Positions 8,111 to 17,868 of a DNA stretch of 50,826 bases are shown here, piece by piece. Location: NCBI GenBank assembly GCA_025458385.1, contig JALOSO010000002.1, positions 1-50,826 of the forward strand, written 5' to 3'. The stretch comes from Paracoccaceae bacterium. Lineage in GTDB: Bacteria; Pseudomonadota; Alphaproteobacteria; Rhodobacterales; Rhodobacteraceae. The stretch's first letter is position 1. Each line of letters starts with the position of its first letter. The notes under the pieces were generated by a model, which saw nothing but the letters and a program-made list of their open reading frames with translations, searched no databases and was not told the DNA's origin. Made by a program: the position numbers and the translations under genes.

Positions 8111-9412
8111 ATGCCCGTCACGTCAAAGCCTGAACCCCTGCGTCTTGGACTGGCAGGGCTGGGCACCGTGGGCATCGGTGTGGTCAAGATCGTGCAGCAA
8201 CATGCCGACATGATCAGTGCCCGCGCCGGGCGCGCTGTTGTCATCACGGCCGTGTCGGCCCGTGACCGCAGCCGCAACCGCGATGCAGACCTGTCCGGAT
8301 ATGCGTGGGAGACAGACCCCGTTGCACTGGCCCGGCGTGACGATGTGGATGTGTTCATCGAAGTGATGGGCGGGCATGAAGGGCCGGCCAGGGACGCAAC
8401 CGCGGCAGCACTGGCCGCGGGCAAGGATGTGGTGACTGCAAACAAGGCGCTGCTGGCGCATCACGGCCATGAACTTGCGCTTGTCGCCGAGGCGCGTGGG
8501 CTGGCCCTGCGGTTCGAAGCGGCCGTGGCGGGCGGCATCCCGGTGATCAAGGCGCTGACCGAAGGTCTGGCAGGCAATGCCATGCGCCGTGTGATGGGTG
8601 TGATGAACGGCACCTGCAACTATATCCTGACACGCATGGAAAGCGCAGGTCTGCCCTATGAACAGGTCTTTGAAGAGGCGCGGCAACTCGGGTATCTGGA
8701 GGCCGACCCCAACCTTGATGTCGGGGGAATTGATGCCGGCCACAAGCTGAGCTTGCTGGCCGCCATCGCCTTTGGCACGCGTGTCAGCTTTGACGCTGTC
8801 GAACTGGAAGGGATCGGGGCTGTCAGCATTGACGACATCCGCCTGGCGGCCGACATGGGTTACAGGATCAAGCTGCTTGGCGTGGCGCAGATGACCGGCC
8901 GCGGGCTGGAACAACGCATGACGCCCTGCCTTGTGCCGGCGGACAGCCCCCTGGGACAGTTGCAGGGCGGCACGAACATGGTGGTGCTGGAAGGGGACAG
9001 CGTCGGGCAGATCGTGCTGCGCGGCCCCGGTGCGGGCATGGGGCCCACGGCCAGTGCCGTGATGGGCGATGTGATCGATCTGGCGCGTGGCTTGCGCATC
9101 CCGGCTTTTGGCCGCCCGGCGGCCAGCCTGGCAGCACCGGTTGCCGCCGCAACAACGGCGCCTGCACCCTATTATCTGCGCATGACGCTGCTGGACAAAC
9201 CGGGCGCCCTGGCCAAGATCGCCACCTGTCTGGGTGATGCCGGGATCAGCATCGACCGCATGCATCAATATGGCCATCAGGGCACACAGGCCCCGGTCTT
9301 GATCGTCACGCACAAGGCAACCCGCGATGACATGGCCCATGCCATGGGCCGGTTTGCAGCAACCGGCGTGCTGGTCGGCGCACCCGTGGCAATCCGTATC
9401 GAAGAGGTCTAA
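8111..9412 (+). CDS. hom: homoserine dehydrogenase
   Basis: N-terminal GLAGLGTVG NAD-binding loop, typical central homoserine-DH region, and an ACT-like C-terminus (YYLRMTLLDKPGALAKIATCLGDAGISI). GGAGA RBS. Confidence 0.92.
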   Translation: MPVTSKPEPLRLGLAGLGTVGIGVVKIVQQHADMISARAGRAVVITAVSARDRSRNRDADLSGYAWETDPVALARRDDVDVFIEVMGGHEGPARDATAAALAAGKDVVTANKALLAHHGHELALVAEARGLALRFEAAVAGGIPVIKALTEGLAGNAMRRVMGVMNGTCNYILTRMESAGLPYEQVFEEARQLGYLEADPNLDVGGIDAGHKLSLLAAIAFGTRVSFDAVELEGIGAVSIDDIRLAADMGYRIKLLGVAQMTGRGLEQRMTPCLVPADSPLGQLQGGTNMVVLEGDSVGQIVLRGPGAGMGPTASAVMGDVIDLARGLRIPAFGRPAASLAAPVAAATTAPAPYYLRMTLLDKPGALAKIATCLGDAGISIDRMHQYGHQGTQAPVLIVTHKATRDDMAHAMGRFAATGVLVGAPVAIRIEEV

Positions 9413-9522
9413 CGCCGTCCGGCCCTGATCGGGCCAAAGGCAAAAACCGCTGCCGTTAGCGCCATCAGCCTTGCCGCGCAGCCCACACCCCGCTATGCGC
9501 CAAAAAAACCCAAGGGAACAGC

Positions 9523-10491
9523 ATGAACAGCCAGGCCGAATTTCAGGATCGTTTGCTTTCTCTGGGTCTTGCGCGGGTGTCCGAAGCCGCCGCCATCGCC
9601 AGTGCCGCGCTGATCGGGCGGGGCGATGAAAAGGCCGCAGATCAGGCGGCGGTGAACGCCATGCGCGATCAGCTGAACCTGCTGGACATCGCCGGAACCG
9701 TCGTCATCGGCGAGGGCGAGCGGGACGAGGCCCCGATGCTTTACATCGGGGAAAAGGTCGGCACGGGGAAGGGCCCGGCAGTGGATATCGCACTTGACCC
9801 GCTGGAAGGCACAACGCTGACCGCCAAGGATATGCCAAACGCCCTGACGGTGATCGCCATGGCCCCGGCGGGCACGCTGCTGCATGCGCCCGATGTCTAT
9901 ATGGAAAAGCTTGCAATCGGGCCGGGCTATGCGCCCGGGACGGTCACGCTGGCCATGTCGCCGGCCGAACGCGTGCAGCGGCTGGCCGCAGCCAAGGGCG
10001 GATCGGCACGCGACATCACGGTCTGCATTCTGGAACGCCCGCGTCACGAAGCGATGATCGCCGAAGTGCGCGCGACAGGCGCAGCCATCCGGCTGATCAC
10101 CGACGGCGATGTGGCGGGCATCATCCATTGCGCCGAAAGTGCGGTCACGGGAATCGACATGTACATGGGATCAGGCGGGGCGCCAGAAGGCGTGTTGGCA
10201 GCCGCGGCGCTGAAATGCATGGGCGGGCAGATCTATGGCCAGCTTCTGTTTCGCAACGATGATGAACGCGCGCGCGCCCGGCGGGCGGGGATCACCGACT
10301 TGAACCGCATCTATCAGCGCGATGATCTGGTCACGGCGGATGTGATCTTTGCGGCGACCGGCGTGACGGAAGGGTCGATCCTCAAGGGCATCCGGCAAGA
10401 GCCGGGCTGGATCGAGACAGAGACGATTCTGATGCGGTCAAAAACCGGATCGGTGCGGCGGATGCAATACCGCGCCCCTGTCCGGGGCTAG
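9523..10491 (+). CDS. glpX: class II fructose-1,6-bisphosphatase
   Basis: Collinear with GlpX over its full length (LGLARVSEAAAIASA..GRGDEKAADQAAV.AMR, DIALDPLEGT, GSGGAPEGVLAAAALKC). AAGGGAA RBS. Confidence 0.92.
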   Translation: MNSQAEFQDRLLSLGLARVSEAAAIASAALIGRGDEKAADQAAVNAMRDQLNLLDIAGTVVIGEGERDEAPMLYIGEKVGTGKGPAVDIALDPLEGTTLTAKDMPNALTVIAMAPAGTLLHAPDVYMEKLAIGPGYAPGTVTLAMSPAERVQRLAAAKGGSARDITVCILERPRHEAMIAEVRATGAAIRLITDGDVAGIIHCAESAVTGIDMYMGSGGAPEGVLAAAALKCMGGQIYGQLLFRNDDERARARRAGITDLNRIYQRDDLVTADVIFAATGVTEGSILKGIRQEPGWIETETILMRSKTGSVRRMQYRAPVRG

Positions 10492-10554
10492 TGCAGCCGG
10501 ACCCGGAAAGCGGACGGTCAAGGGACCAAAGCTGCCAAAGCCGCCAACCGGGCA

Positions 10555-10581
10555 GCAGGCCTTGCGTGCCTGCAGATTTTT
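10555..10581 (+). terminator. rho-independent terminator after glpX
   Basis: GCAGGC-cttgcgt-GCCTGC followed by AGATTTTT. Confidence 0.65.
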
Positions 10582-10657
10582 CGGGGCATTCGCTGGCCTG
10601 ACTGAGCCATAGAGCACATGACTTGCACCTGCAGCACGCTTGCGGCATTGCAGGGGC

Positions 10658-12394
10658 ATGAATGCGGCCTTTCTGAATGTCGAGACATCATTGACCGGTC
10701 GCCGCTGGGTGGGGCCGGCCGAAGCGGAAACACGGCTGGCCGAGGCGATGGCGCAGCAGGTGGGCCTGCCGCTTGCGCTGTGTCAGACACTGGTGCGGCG
10801 CGGGATTGCCCCGGATGCGGTTCCGGGGTTTCTGGCACCGGCGCTGCGCGATCTGTTGCCAGACCCGCTTTGCCTGCGGGATATGGGGCGCGCGGCCGCG
10901 CGGTTTCTGGCGGCGGTTCGGGGGGGGCAGCGAATTGCTGTCTTTGCGGATTATGATGTCGACGGCGGGTCTTCGGCAGCGCTGCTTCTGGTGTGGCTGC
11001 GGGCCATGGGGCGGCAGGCAACGCTGTACATCCCTGACCGCATTGATGAAGGCTATGGGCCGAATGTGCCCGCGATGGCGGCCCTGGGGGCTGCACATGA
11101 CCTGATCATCTGTGTCGATTGCGGCACGCTCAGCCATGGGCCGATTGCGGCGGCGGGCTGTGATGTGATCGTGCTGGATCACCATCTGGGGGGCGACAGC
11201 CTGCCACCGGCCCACGCGGTCGTGAACCCGAACCGGCAGGATGAAGACGGGCAGCTTGCGCATCTGTGCGCTGCGGGCGTGGTCTTCTTGCTGCTGGTCG
11301 AGGTCAACCGGCTGCTGCGCGTGGACGGGGTGCAGGGGCCGGACCTGATGGACCTGCTTGATCTTGTGGCGCTGGCAACGGTGGCGGATGTCGCGCCGCT
11401 GGTGGGGGTCAACCGCGCCTTTGTGCGCCAGGGTCTGCGGGTGATGGCGCGGCGCGAACGCGCAGGGCTGGTGGCGCTGGCGGATGTCGCGCGGATGGAT
11501 CAGGCGCCAACACCCTATGCCCTGGGCTTTGTGCTGGGGCCACGGGTGAATGCCGGCGGGCGGATCGGCGCCGCCGATCTTGGGGCCCGCCTGCTGGCGA
11601 CAGACAAGCCATCCGAGGCCACAGCGCTTGCGGCCCGGCTGGATGTGCTGAACACCGAACGCCGCGCGATCGAGGCGGCCGTGCGCGAAGAAGCGCTGGC
11701 GCAGGCCGAGGCGCGTGGGTCGTCGGGCGGGGCCCTGGCCTGGGCAGCGGGTGACGGCTGGCATCCCGGGGTTGTCGGCATCGTGGCCGCCCGGTTGAAA
11801 GAGGCCATGCACCGGCCTGCCGTGGTGATCGGGTTTGACGGGGACGAAGGCAAGGGATCGGGGCGGTCCGTGACCGGGGTTGATCTGGGTGCGGCGATCC
11901 ATCGGCTGGCCGAGGAAGGGCTGATCACACGCGGCGGCGGCCACCGCATGGCGGCAGGGCTGACGCTGACCCGGGCGCAGCTTGGTCCGGCTATGACCCG
12001 GCTGGAAGACCTGCTGGCGCGTCAGGGCGCTGGCGCCGCCGGGCGTGAAGACCTGCGGCTTGATGGCTTGCTGCGGCCTACGGCGGCCACACTGGCGCTG
12101 GTCGAGGAGATCGAGAAGGCAGGGCCCTTTGGCGCGGGCGCCCCGGCACCGCGTTTTGCCTTTGCCAGCCAGATCGTGCAGGCGCGGCGTATCGGCAGCG
12201 CGCATCTGCGGCTGACCTGTGCGGATGGCGGGCTGGAGGCCGTGGCCTTTGGGGCCTTCGACGGCCCGCTTGGGCATGCGCTGCTTGCTGCGGGCCATCG
12301 TCCGTTTCATCTGGCGGGGCGACTGGAGATCAATACCTATGGCGGGCGGAGCAAAGCCCAGCTTCGCCTTGAAGACGCGGCGCCAGCCCCTTGA
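10658..12394 (+). CDS. recJ: single-stranded-DNA-specific exonuclease RecJ
   Basis: DHH-family motifs (AVFADYDVDGGSSAALL, VLDHHL, GGGHRMAAG) and typical length. Start is uncertain between the ATG at 10658 and the TTG at 10640. Confidence 0.9.
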   Translation: MNAAFLNVETSLTGRRWVGPAEAETRLAEAMAQQVGLPLALCQTLVRRGIAPDAVPGFLAPALRDLLPDPLCLRDMGRAAARFLAAVRGGQRIAVFADYDVDGGSSAALLLVWLRAMGRQATLYIPDRIDEGYGPNVPAMAALGAAHDLIICVDCGTLSHGPIAAAGCDVIVLDHHLGGDSLPPAHAVVNPNRQDEDGQLAHLCAAGVVFLLLVEVNRLLRVDGVQGPDLMDLLDLVALATVADVAPLVGVNRAFVRQGLRVMARRERAGLVALADVARMDQAPTPYALGFVLGPRVNAGGRIGAADLGARLLATDKPSEATALAARLDVLNTERRAIEAAVREEALAQAEARGSSGGALAWAAGDGWHPGVVGIVAARLKEAMHRPAVVIGFDGDEGKGSGRSVTGVDLGAAIHRLAEEGLITRGGGHRMAAGLTLTRAQLGPAMTRLEDLLARQGAGAAGREDLRLDGLLRPTAATLALVEEIEKAGPFGAGAPAPRFAFASQIVQARRIGSAHLRLTCADGGLEAVAFGAFDGPLGHALLAAGHRPFHLAGRLEINTYGGRSKAQLRLEDAAPAP

Positions 12395-12413
12395 ACCCCC
12401 CGCATTTTTCCCC

Positions 12414-12442
12414 TTGCGAGTCACCGCAACGCAGATTAGTAA
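12414..12442 (+). promoter_or_regulatory. sigma70-like promoter for tRNA-Glu (TTGCGA-N17-TAGTAA)
   Basis: -35 at 12414..12419 and -10 at 12437..12442, ending 10 nt before the mature tRNA 5' end. Confidence 0.45.
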
Positions 12443-12452
12443 CCCCGCCAGT

Positions 12453-12527
12453 GGCCCGTTCGTCTATCGGTTAGGACATCTGGTTTTCAACCAGGCAAGA
12501 GGGGTTCGACTCCCCTACGGGCTGCCA
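12453..12527 (+). tRNA. tRNA-Glu (anticodon UUC), CCA encoded
   Basis: Cloverleaf folded by hand. Acceptor GGCCCGT/ACGGGCT (G1-U72 wobble), D stem GTCT/GGAC, anticodon stem TCTGG/CCAGG with loop TTTTCAA, 4-nt variable region, T arm AGGGG-TTCGACT-CCCCT, discriminator G, then CCA. Confidence 0.9.
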
Positions 12528-12592
12528 CTTCTCTCTTCAAAAATTGATGACAGGCAATCCGCCGATCCGCACGCTGAAGCGGCAATTGGCTT

Positions 12593-12624
12593 GCGCGCAG
12601 GCAAATGCGCCGTATTCTGCGCGC
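12593..12624 (+). promoter_or_regulatory. 8-bp perfect inverted repeat (GCGCGCAG ... CTGCGCGC) about 25 nt before the transglycosylase start
   Basis: Read directly. 16-nt loop, function unknown (operator or leader hairpin). Confidence 0.3.
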
Positions 12625-12649
12625 GGACAGGTAAATTTGGGGGCCTTGC

Positions 12650-13441
12650 GTGCGGCGTTTTCTGGCGGTTCTGGTGATGACGGGGATGGGCACCGCGGCG
12701 GTGGCGGCACCCTGCAGCGATACAGGCGGAAATTATGAGGCGTGGAAGCCGCAAATGGCGGCGGAGGCTGCCGCCCTTGGCGTGGGGGAACGCGGCATTT
12801 CGGCCTTGATGGAGTCAAGCTATTCGCAATCGACCATCAATGCCGACCGCAACCAGCGCAGCTTTCGCTACAGCCTGTCAAAGTTTCTGGATGTGCGCGG
12901 GGCCGATGCCATCATCAGCCAAGGCAAGCGCCGCCTGCGCGACAACGCCGATTTCTATGCCAGCCTTGAAGCCGCCTATGGCGTGCCGCCCGGCGTGATC
13001 ATCGCCATCCACGGGATGGAGACGGGTTTTGGCAATTTCATGGGCGATACCAACGTCATTTCGGCCATTGCCACACTGTCCTATGACTGCCGCCGCAGCG
13101 ACTTTTTCACCGACCATCTGATCGGCGCGCTAAAGCTGGTGGATCAGGGGTCGATTTCGCCGAACAGCATCGGCGCGAAACATGGCGAACTGGGCCATAC
13201 GCAATTCCTGCCGGGCAACGCCCTGCGCTTTGGCGTCGACGGGAACGGTGACGGGGTCATTGATCTGAACAATCAGACCGATGCCTTGGCCTCGACCGCA
13301 AACTTCCTGGCACAAAAGGGCTGGCGGCCCGGTGCGGGCTATCAGGAAGGCGAGCCGAATTTCGCGGTCATCAAGGAATGGAACGCGGCGACGGTGTATC
13401 AGCAGGCCATTGCCATCATGGGCGCGCAGATCGACGGTTAA
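12650..13441 (+). CDS. lytic murein transglycosylase (MltB-like, SLT_2 family)
   Basis: GTG start with signal peptide MRRFLAVLVMTGMGTAAVAAPC. Family motifs IIAIHGMETGFG, GHTQFLP and DGNGDG..DL. Confidence 0.85.
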   Translation: MRRFLAVLVMTGMGTAAVAAPCSDTGGNYEAWKPQMAAEAAALGVGERGISALMESSYSQSTINADRNQRSFRYSLSKFLDVRGADAIISQGKRRLRDNADFYASLEAAYGVPPGVIIAIHGMETGFGNFMGDTNVISAIATLSYDCRRSDFFTDHLIGALKLVDQGSISPNSIGAKHGELGHTQFLPGNALRFGVDGNGDGVIDLNNQTDALASTANFLAQKGWRPGAGYQEGEPNFAVIKEWNAATVYQQAIAIMGAQIDG

Positions 13442-14013
13442 TCCGGGCGCAGCGCGCGGGCCATCAGGCGGGCAAGTGCGGCCTGTCCGGCCTGATATTC
13501 GGCCAGCGTGCGGGCGGATGATTTCAGGCCTTTCAGCGTTGCCATGATGCTGCCCGCCACCGTTGCGGCCCCCCCTGCCCCGGCAGGAACCGGCAAGCGC
13601 GCCAGCCAGTCTGCCAGCACATCGGCAAAACGCGCCTCGCCCGCTGCGGCGATATCGGCGGTTACGGCATAGCCCGCCTCCAGCAGTTCCGCGCCATGTG
13701 GCGTGGCAAGCACCGCCTGCATGAACTTGCCATCCTTGGCCGCGAATGCGGCCATCAGCGCCTGTTCGATGGGTTGACCGGGTTGCGAAAGGGCTGCCGC
13801 CATATCCTGCACGCCGGTATCGAAATACCGCTGCGCCAAGGCGCGGAACAGGTCATCCTTGTTGCGCCAGTGCTGATAAAGTGCGGTGCGCGACAGGCCG
13901 GCGGCGCTTGCCACATCCTCCATCACCGTGCGCCGATAGCCGTATCGGGCGAAGACGCCAAAGGCGGCGTCGAGGATCATATCCTTGCGGTCTTGCACTG
14001 CGGTCCGGTCCAA
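13438..14013 (-). CDS. TetR/AcrR-family transcriptional regulator
   Basis: N-terminal HTH ILDAAFGVFARYGYRRTVMEDVASAAGLSRTALYQHWRNKDDLF. The ORF-track start is a TTG, so the exact start is uncertain. Confidence 0.85.
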   Translation of the reverse strand: MDRTAVQDRKDMILDAAFGVFARYGYRRTVMEDVASAAGLSRTALYQHWRNKDDLFRALAQRYFDTGVQDMAAALSQPGQPIEQALMAAFAAKDGKFMQAVLATPHGAELLEAGYAVTADIAAAGEARFADVLADWLARLPVPAGAGGAATVAGSIMATLKGLKSSARTLAEYQAGQAALARLMARALRPD

Positions 14014-14053
14014 TTCTGCCCTACCCTGACAATCTGACGAAATGCGACCAAAA

Positions 14054-14065
14054 TGTCAATTGACA
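14054..14065. promoter_or_regulatory. perfect 12-bp palindrome TGTCAATTGACA (candidate TetR operator; its right half is a TTGACA -35-like hexamer)
   Basis: Lies in the 101-bp divergent region between the TetR gene and the oxidoreductase operon. Additional TGACA/TGTCA half-sites flank it (14027, 14034, 14069, 14088). Confidence 0.5.
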
Positions 14066-14114
14066 AACTGACATTCTGCGCCCATTTTGTCAGAAAGCCA
14101 GAAGGAGCCAGCCG

Positions 14115-14582
14115 ATGCCTGTGACCTTTACCCTGAACGGCACCGCACAGACGGTGGATTTGCCGCCAGACATGCCGCTGCTTTGGGCGCTGCGCGACGG
14201 GCTGAACCTGACGGGCACGAAATTCGGCTGTGGGGTTGCGGCCTGCGGGGCCTGCACGGTGCATCTGAACGGCACGGCCGTGCGGTCATGCCAGACCGCA
14301 TTGGCCGATGTCGAAGGCGCAACCGTGGTCACGATCGAGGGGTTGGGCACGCCGACGGCGCTGCACGCCATCCAGGCGGCCTGGGCGGATGCGCAAGTGG
14401 CGCAATGCGGCTATTGCCAGTCCGGGCAGATCATGCAGGCCGCAGCGCTGCTTGCGACCACGCCATCGCCGACCGATGCCGAGATTGACGCCGCGATGGA
14501 AGGCAATCTTTGCCGCTGTGGCACCTATCCCCGGATCCGTGCGGCCATTCATGATGCAGCAAAGCGGTTGGGCGGGGTATAG
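14115..14582 (+). CDS. (2Fe-2S)-binding small subunit of a molybdopterin oxidoreductase (IorA / aldehyde-oxidoreductase-like)
   Basis: Two [2Fe-2S] Cys clusters ([12 protein letters not shown] and CGYCQSGQ...CRCGTY). GAAGGAG RBS. Confidence 0.88.
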   Translation: MPVTFTLNGTAQTVDLPPDMPLLWALRDGLNLTGTKFGCGVAACGACTVHLNGTAVRSCQTALADVEGATVVTIEGLGTPTALHAIQAAWADAQVAQCGYCQSGQIMQAAALLATTPSPTDAEIDAAMEGNLCRCGTYPRIRAAIHDAAKRLGGV

Positions 14583-14585
14583 GCC

Positions 14586-16823
14586 ATGGCACGGTTGATG
14601 AAGATTGCGCGGCGTGGCTTTCTGTTCGGGGCGGCCGCAATCGCGGGCGGCGCCGTCTTTGGCTGGTGGAAATACGCCACGCCCTACGACAACCCCTTGC
14701 TGGCCGACCTGCCGGAAGGCGCGGCCAGCCTGACACCTTATGTCGTCATCGACGGGGCGGGTGTCACGGTGATCGCCCCGCGGGCCGAGATGGGGCAAGG
14801 CATTCACACCACCCTTGCCGCGCTTGTGGCCGAAGAAATGGACCTGACGCTTGCGCAGGTGCGGGTGATCCATGGGCCGGCGTCCTATGCCTATTACAAT
14901 GCAGCCGTGCTGCGCGAAGGCGTGCCCTTTGCCCCGACCGATGAAAGCTGGCTGGCCGAACGCATGCGCGATGCCATGGCCATTCCCGCGAAATTCCTGG
15001 GCTTTCAGATCACCGGCGGGTCTTCGTCGATCCCGGATGCCTATGACAAGATGCGACTGGCCGGGGCCGCCGCGCGCGAAATGCTGGTGCGGGCGGCCGC
15101 CGCGCAATGGGGTGTGGCACCCGAAGGCCTGCGCACCGAAGGGGGCGCGGTGATTGCGGCTGACGGTGGCCAGTCACTGCCCTATACCGCGCTGGCGGTG
15201 GCCGCGGCAGGCATCACGCTTGACAGCGCGCCCCCGTTGAAAGACCCGGCGCGCTGGCGGGTGCTGGGCCGCACACAGCCCCGTATCGACATGATCCCGA
15301 AGGTCACCGGCACCGCAACCTTTACCGTTGACCTGCGCCTGCCCGGCATGCTGTTTGCCACGGCCCGCACCAACCCCCGCCTTGGCGGCGCGATGCTGGG
15401 CCATGATGCCACCGCCGCCGCCGCCATGCCGGGGGTCGAACGCATCGTGCCACTGCCCGATGGCGTGGCTGTTGTCGCGCGCACCACCTGGCAAGCGATG
15501 CAGGCGGCGGATGCCATCACCTTTGATTGGGGCCCCGCCCCCTATCCGGCGGAACAGGCCGATCTGGCAGGCCTTGTGGCCGGCGCCTTTGATCCGGCCT
15601 TTCAGGACAGCGTCAACCGCGATGACGGCGATGTTGCCGCGGCACTGACCGGCGATCTGTTCGAGGCGGCCTATGACGTGCCCTATCTGGCCCATGCAAC
15701 CATGGAACCGATGAGTGCGGCGGCCCTGCTGCACGAGGGGCGCCTGACAGTCTGGTCAGGCAACCAGTTGCCCACGCAGGTGCGCGCCGAAGGTGTGGCG
15801 CTGACCGGTCTGCCGCCCGAGGCCGTGCAGGTTGAAACCCTGTTGATGGGCGGGGGGTTTGGCCGCCGGGCCGAAATGGATGTGATCCGGCAGGCGATCA
15901 CCGTGGCCATGGCGATGGAGGGGACACCCGTCCTGCTGATCTGGAGCCGCGAGGAAGACATGACCCATGATGCCTATCGCCCGCTGGCGATGGCGCGGGT
16001 CAAGGCCCGGCTTGATGGCGCAACGCTGGCGGCCTTTGATTTTCACACGGCGGCCTCATCGGTCATCACCAGCCAGACCGGGCGTCTGGGCTACAACCTG
16101 CCCGGGCCTGACAGCACGATCGTGCAGGGCGCATGGGAACAACCCTATGTCATCGCCAATCATCGGGTCACCGGCTATCGTGCACCCATGGGGCCGCCGG
16201 TCGGATCCTGGCGTTCGGTCGGCGCATCACAGAACGCGTTCTTTCATGAAACCGCGATTGATGAGCTGGCGCATCTGGCCGGGGTTGATCCGGTGGCCTT
16301 CCGGCTGGCGCACATCACTGACGAACCCAGCCGCAAGGTGATCGAAGCCGTGGCCGCGATGGCAAACTGGGGCACGCCGGTGGCCGGGCGCGCGCAAGGG
16401 ATTGCCTTCTGCCTCAGCTTTGGCGTGCCCTGCGCCGAGGTGATCGAAGTCTCCGAAACCCCCGAAGGGCTGCGGATGACCGGGGCCTGGGCCGCAGTGG
16501 ACGTGGGCCGCGCCCTCGACCCCGGCAATATCGTGGCACAGGTGCAGGGGGCGATGGTCTATGGCCTGTCCGCCGCCCTGCAAGGGGCCATCACCTTTGC
16601 CGATGGCATGGCGGAACAACAGAATTTCTGGGACTACGCGCCGCTGCGCCTGCCGCAATGCCCGCCGATTGCGGTGCAGGTGCTGGAACTGCAACGTAAT
16701 ATCCGTGGCGTTGGTGAACCCGGCCTGCCGCCTGCCGCCCCGGCCCTGGGCAATGCGATCTTTGCGTTAACCGGCCAGCGCCTGCGCAGCCTGCCCTTTG
16801 CGCAGGCCGTCAGCTTTGCCTGA
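14586..16823 (+). CDS. molybdopterin-binding large subunit (IorB / xanthine-dehydrogenase-family), Tat signal
   Basis: Twin-arginine leader ARRGFLFGAAAIAGGAVFG, 745 aa, C-terminal GVGEPGLPPAAPALGNAIF motif. Starts 3 nt after the small-subunit stop. Confidence 0.85.
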   Translation: MARLMKIARRGFLFGAAAIAGGAVFGWWKYATPYDNPLLADLPEGAASLTPYVVIDGAGVTVIAPRAEMGQGIHTTLAALVAEEMDLTLAQVRVIHGPASYAYYNAAVLREGVPFAPTDESWLAERMRDAMAIPAKFLGFQITGGSSSIPDAYDKMRLAGAAAREMLVRAAAAQWGVAPEGLRTEGGAVIAADGGQSLPYTALAVAAAGITLDSAPPLKDPARWRVLGRTQPRIDMIPKVTGTATFTVDLRLPGMLFATARTNPRLGGAMLGHDATAAAAMPGVERIVPLPDGVAVVARTTWQAMQAADAITFDWGPAPYPAEQADLAGLVAGAFDPAFQDSVNRDDGDVAAALTGDLFEAAYDVPYLAHATMEPMSAAALLHEGRLTVWSGNQLPTQVRAEGVALTGLPPEAVQVETLLMGGGFGRRAEMDVIRQAITVAMAMEGTPVLLIWSREEDMTHDAYRPLAMARVKARLDGATLAAFDFHTAASSVITSQTGRLGYNLPGPDSTIVQGAWEQPYVIANHRVTGYRAPMGPPVGSWRSVGASQNAFFHETAIDELAHLAGVDPVAFRLAHITDEPSRKVIEAVAAMANWGTPVAGRAQGIAFCLSFGVPCAEVIEVSETPEGLRMTGAWAAVDVGRALDPGNIVAQVQGAMVYGLSAALQGAITFADGMAEQQNFWDYAPLRLPQCPPIAVQVLELQRNIRGVGEPGLPPAAPALGNAIFALTGQRLRSLPFAQAVSFA

Positions 16824-16854
16824 CGGCCGCGCAGTTACCCCGCAAAGCGTGTGA

Positions 16855-17868
16855 TCACCGAAGGCCGCGCCCGGGGTCTGGTGCAAGTGTCGCCCGTTTG
16901 CGGCCCGCGCGTTTTGACGCATAAAGTGCTGCATCAGCGACAGCTTGCAACGCGGCAACATCCCCTCTGTCAAAATGCTGCGGCGTCGCGATGCCGATGC
17001 TGCCAGAAATCTCGCAGACCTGCCCTTCAAACGGGATCGGCACCTCGAGCCCCTGAATGATCCGCGTCGCAATCCGCAGCAGGGCCTTGGCATCCGGCGG
17101 ATTCGGCAGCACCAGCACGAACTCATCACCACCCACCCGCGTCACCAGATCGCCGTCGCGCGTGGCCCCGCGCAGAACAGTCGCCACGCAAGCCAGCACA
17201 TGGTCGCCTGCCGCATGGCCGAACCGGTCATTCACCGACTTGAAGAAATCAAGGTCCAGATGCATCAGCGCAAAGGGCCGCCGCCGCGCCACGATCTCTG
17301 TCAGTCCCGCATCCAGCGCCCGCCTGTTGCCAAGGCCCGTCAGCGTATCGGTCATCGCCCGCTGTTCCGCCGCCGATTTGGCGCCGCGCAAGCCGCTGTG
17401 CACGCGCTCCAGCTCGGCCGAGATCACGGATTTCGCCTCGACCATATACATCAACTCGATCGCAAGGTCGGTTGGCGCAAAGTCAGCATTGGTCAACCCA
17501 TGGCTGCGCACCGCATCAATCACCCCGATCCCGAATGACAGGTTCAGCAGCAATCCGTCATCCCCGGCCAGCGGCACCGCCAGCCCGCGCAGGTCTGCCC
17601 CGCCATCGCGCGGCGTCAGCAGCAGGCGCTGGCCAAGACAGGCCTGCAAGGCCGCCATCGTCGTGATCACCCCGAAACGGCGCAGGTCAAACAGTTGAAA
17701 CAGCGACTGGCCGATCAAGGGCCGGTCCGGGTACAGACGTGCCATGGTCACCCCGGCGCCCGTGATCACCCCCGCGGCGTCGACGGCCAGATACATCGGC
17801 ATCAACCGGTCAAGCGCCGTTGCCGTCAGGCGCAATGACACAGGGATCATCGGTGCGCTGCCATCCAT
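16855..17868 (-). CDS. diguanylate cyclase with an sGC-like HNOBA (PAS-like + coiled-coil) N-terminal region (337 aa)
   Basis: GGDEF active site (RVGGDEFVLV) with an RxxD I-site 5 residues upstream (RDGD). The N-terminal half aligns by eye to the H-NOX-associated region of soluble guanylate cyclase beta1 (PMYLAVDAAGVITGAGVTMARLYP; LLLNLSFGIGVIDAVRSHGLTNADFAPTDLAIELMYMVEA). Start chosen at the ATG overlapping the H-NOX stop (TGATG); the ORF-track start at 17958 is rejected. Confidence 0.85.
   Translation of the reverse strand: MDGSAPMIPVSLRLTATALDRLMPMYLAVDAAGVITGAGVTMARLYPDRPLIGQSLFQLFDLRRFGVITTMAALQACLGQRLLLTPRDGGADLRGLAVPLAGDDGLLLNLSFGIGVIDAVRSHGLTNADFAPTDLAIELMYMVEAKSVISAELERVHSGLRGAKSAAEQRAMTDTLTGLGNRRALDAGLTEIVARRRPFALMHLDLDFFKSVNDRFGHAAGDHVLACVATVLRGATRDGDLVTRVGGDEFVLVLPNPPDAKALLRIATRIIQGLEVPIPFEGQVCEISGSIGIATPQHFDRGDVAALQAVADAALYASKRAGRKRATLAPDPGRGLR

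Noticed and set aside
8123-9340. 405-aa minus-strand ORF antisense to hom
   Set aside because: Same shadow-frame composition (Arg/Gly/His/Cys-rich). hom on the + strand is full-length and motif-complete.
9421-9435. GGCCC-tgatc-GGGCC hairpin after hom as a terminator
   Set aside because: The stem is only 5 bp and the following sequence is A-rich rather than T-rich, so it is too weak to call.
10688-12424. 578-aa minus-strand ORF antisense to recJ, and the Pro-rich ORF 10518..11096
   Set aside because: Low-complexity Arg/Pro/Gln composition with no start context. recJ on the + strand carries the DHH motifs.
12453-13441. tRNA-Glu as a possible genomic-island integration site for the downstream accessory-looking genes
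   Set aside because: No integrase or recombinase gene, no duplicated tRNA 3' end noticed downstream, and no obvious compositional break.
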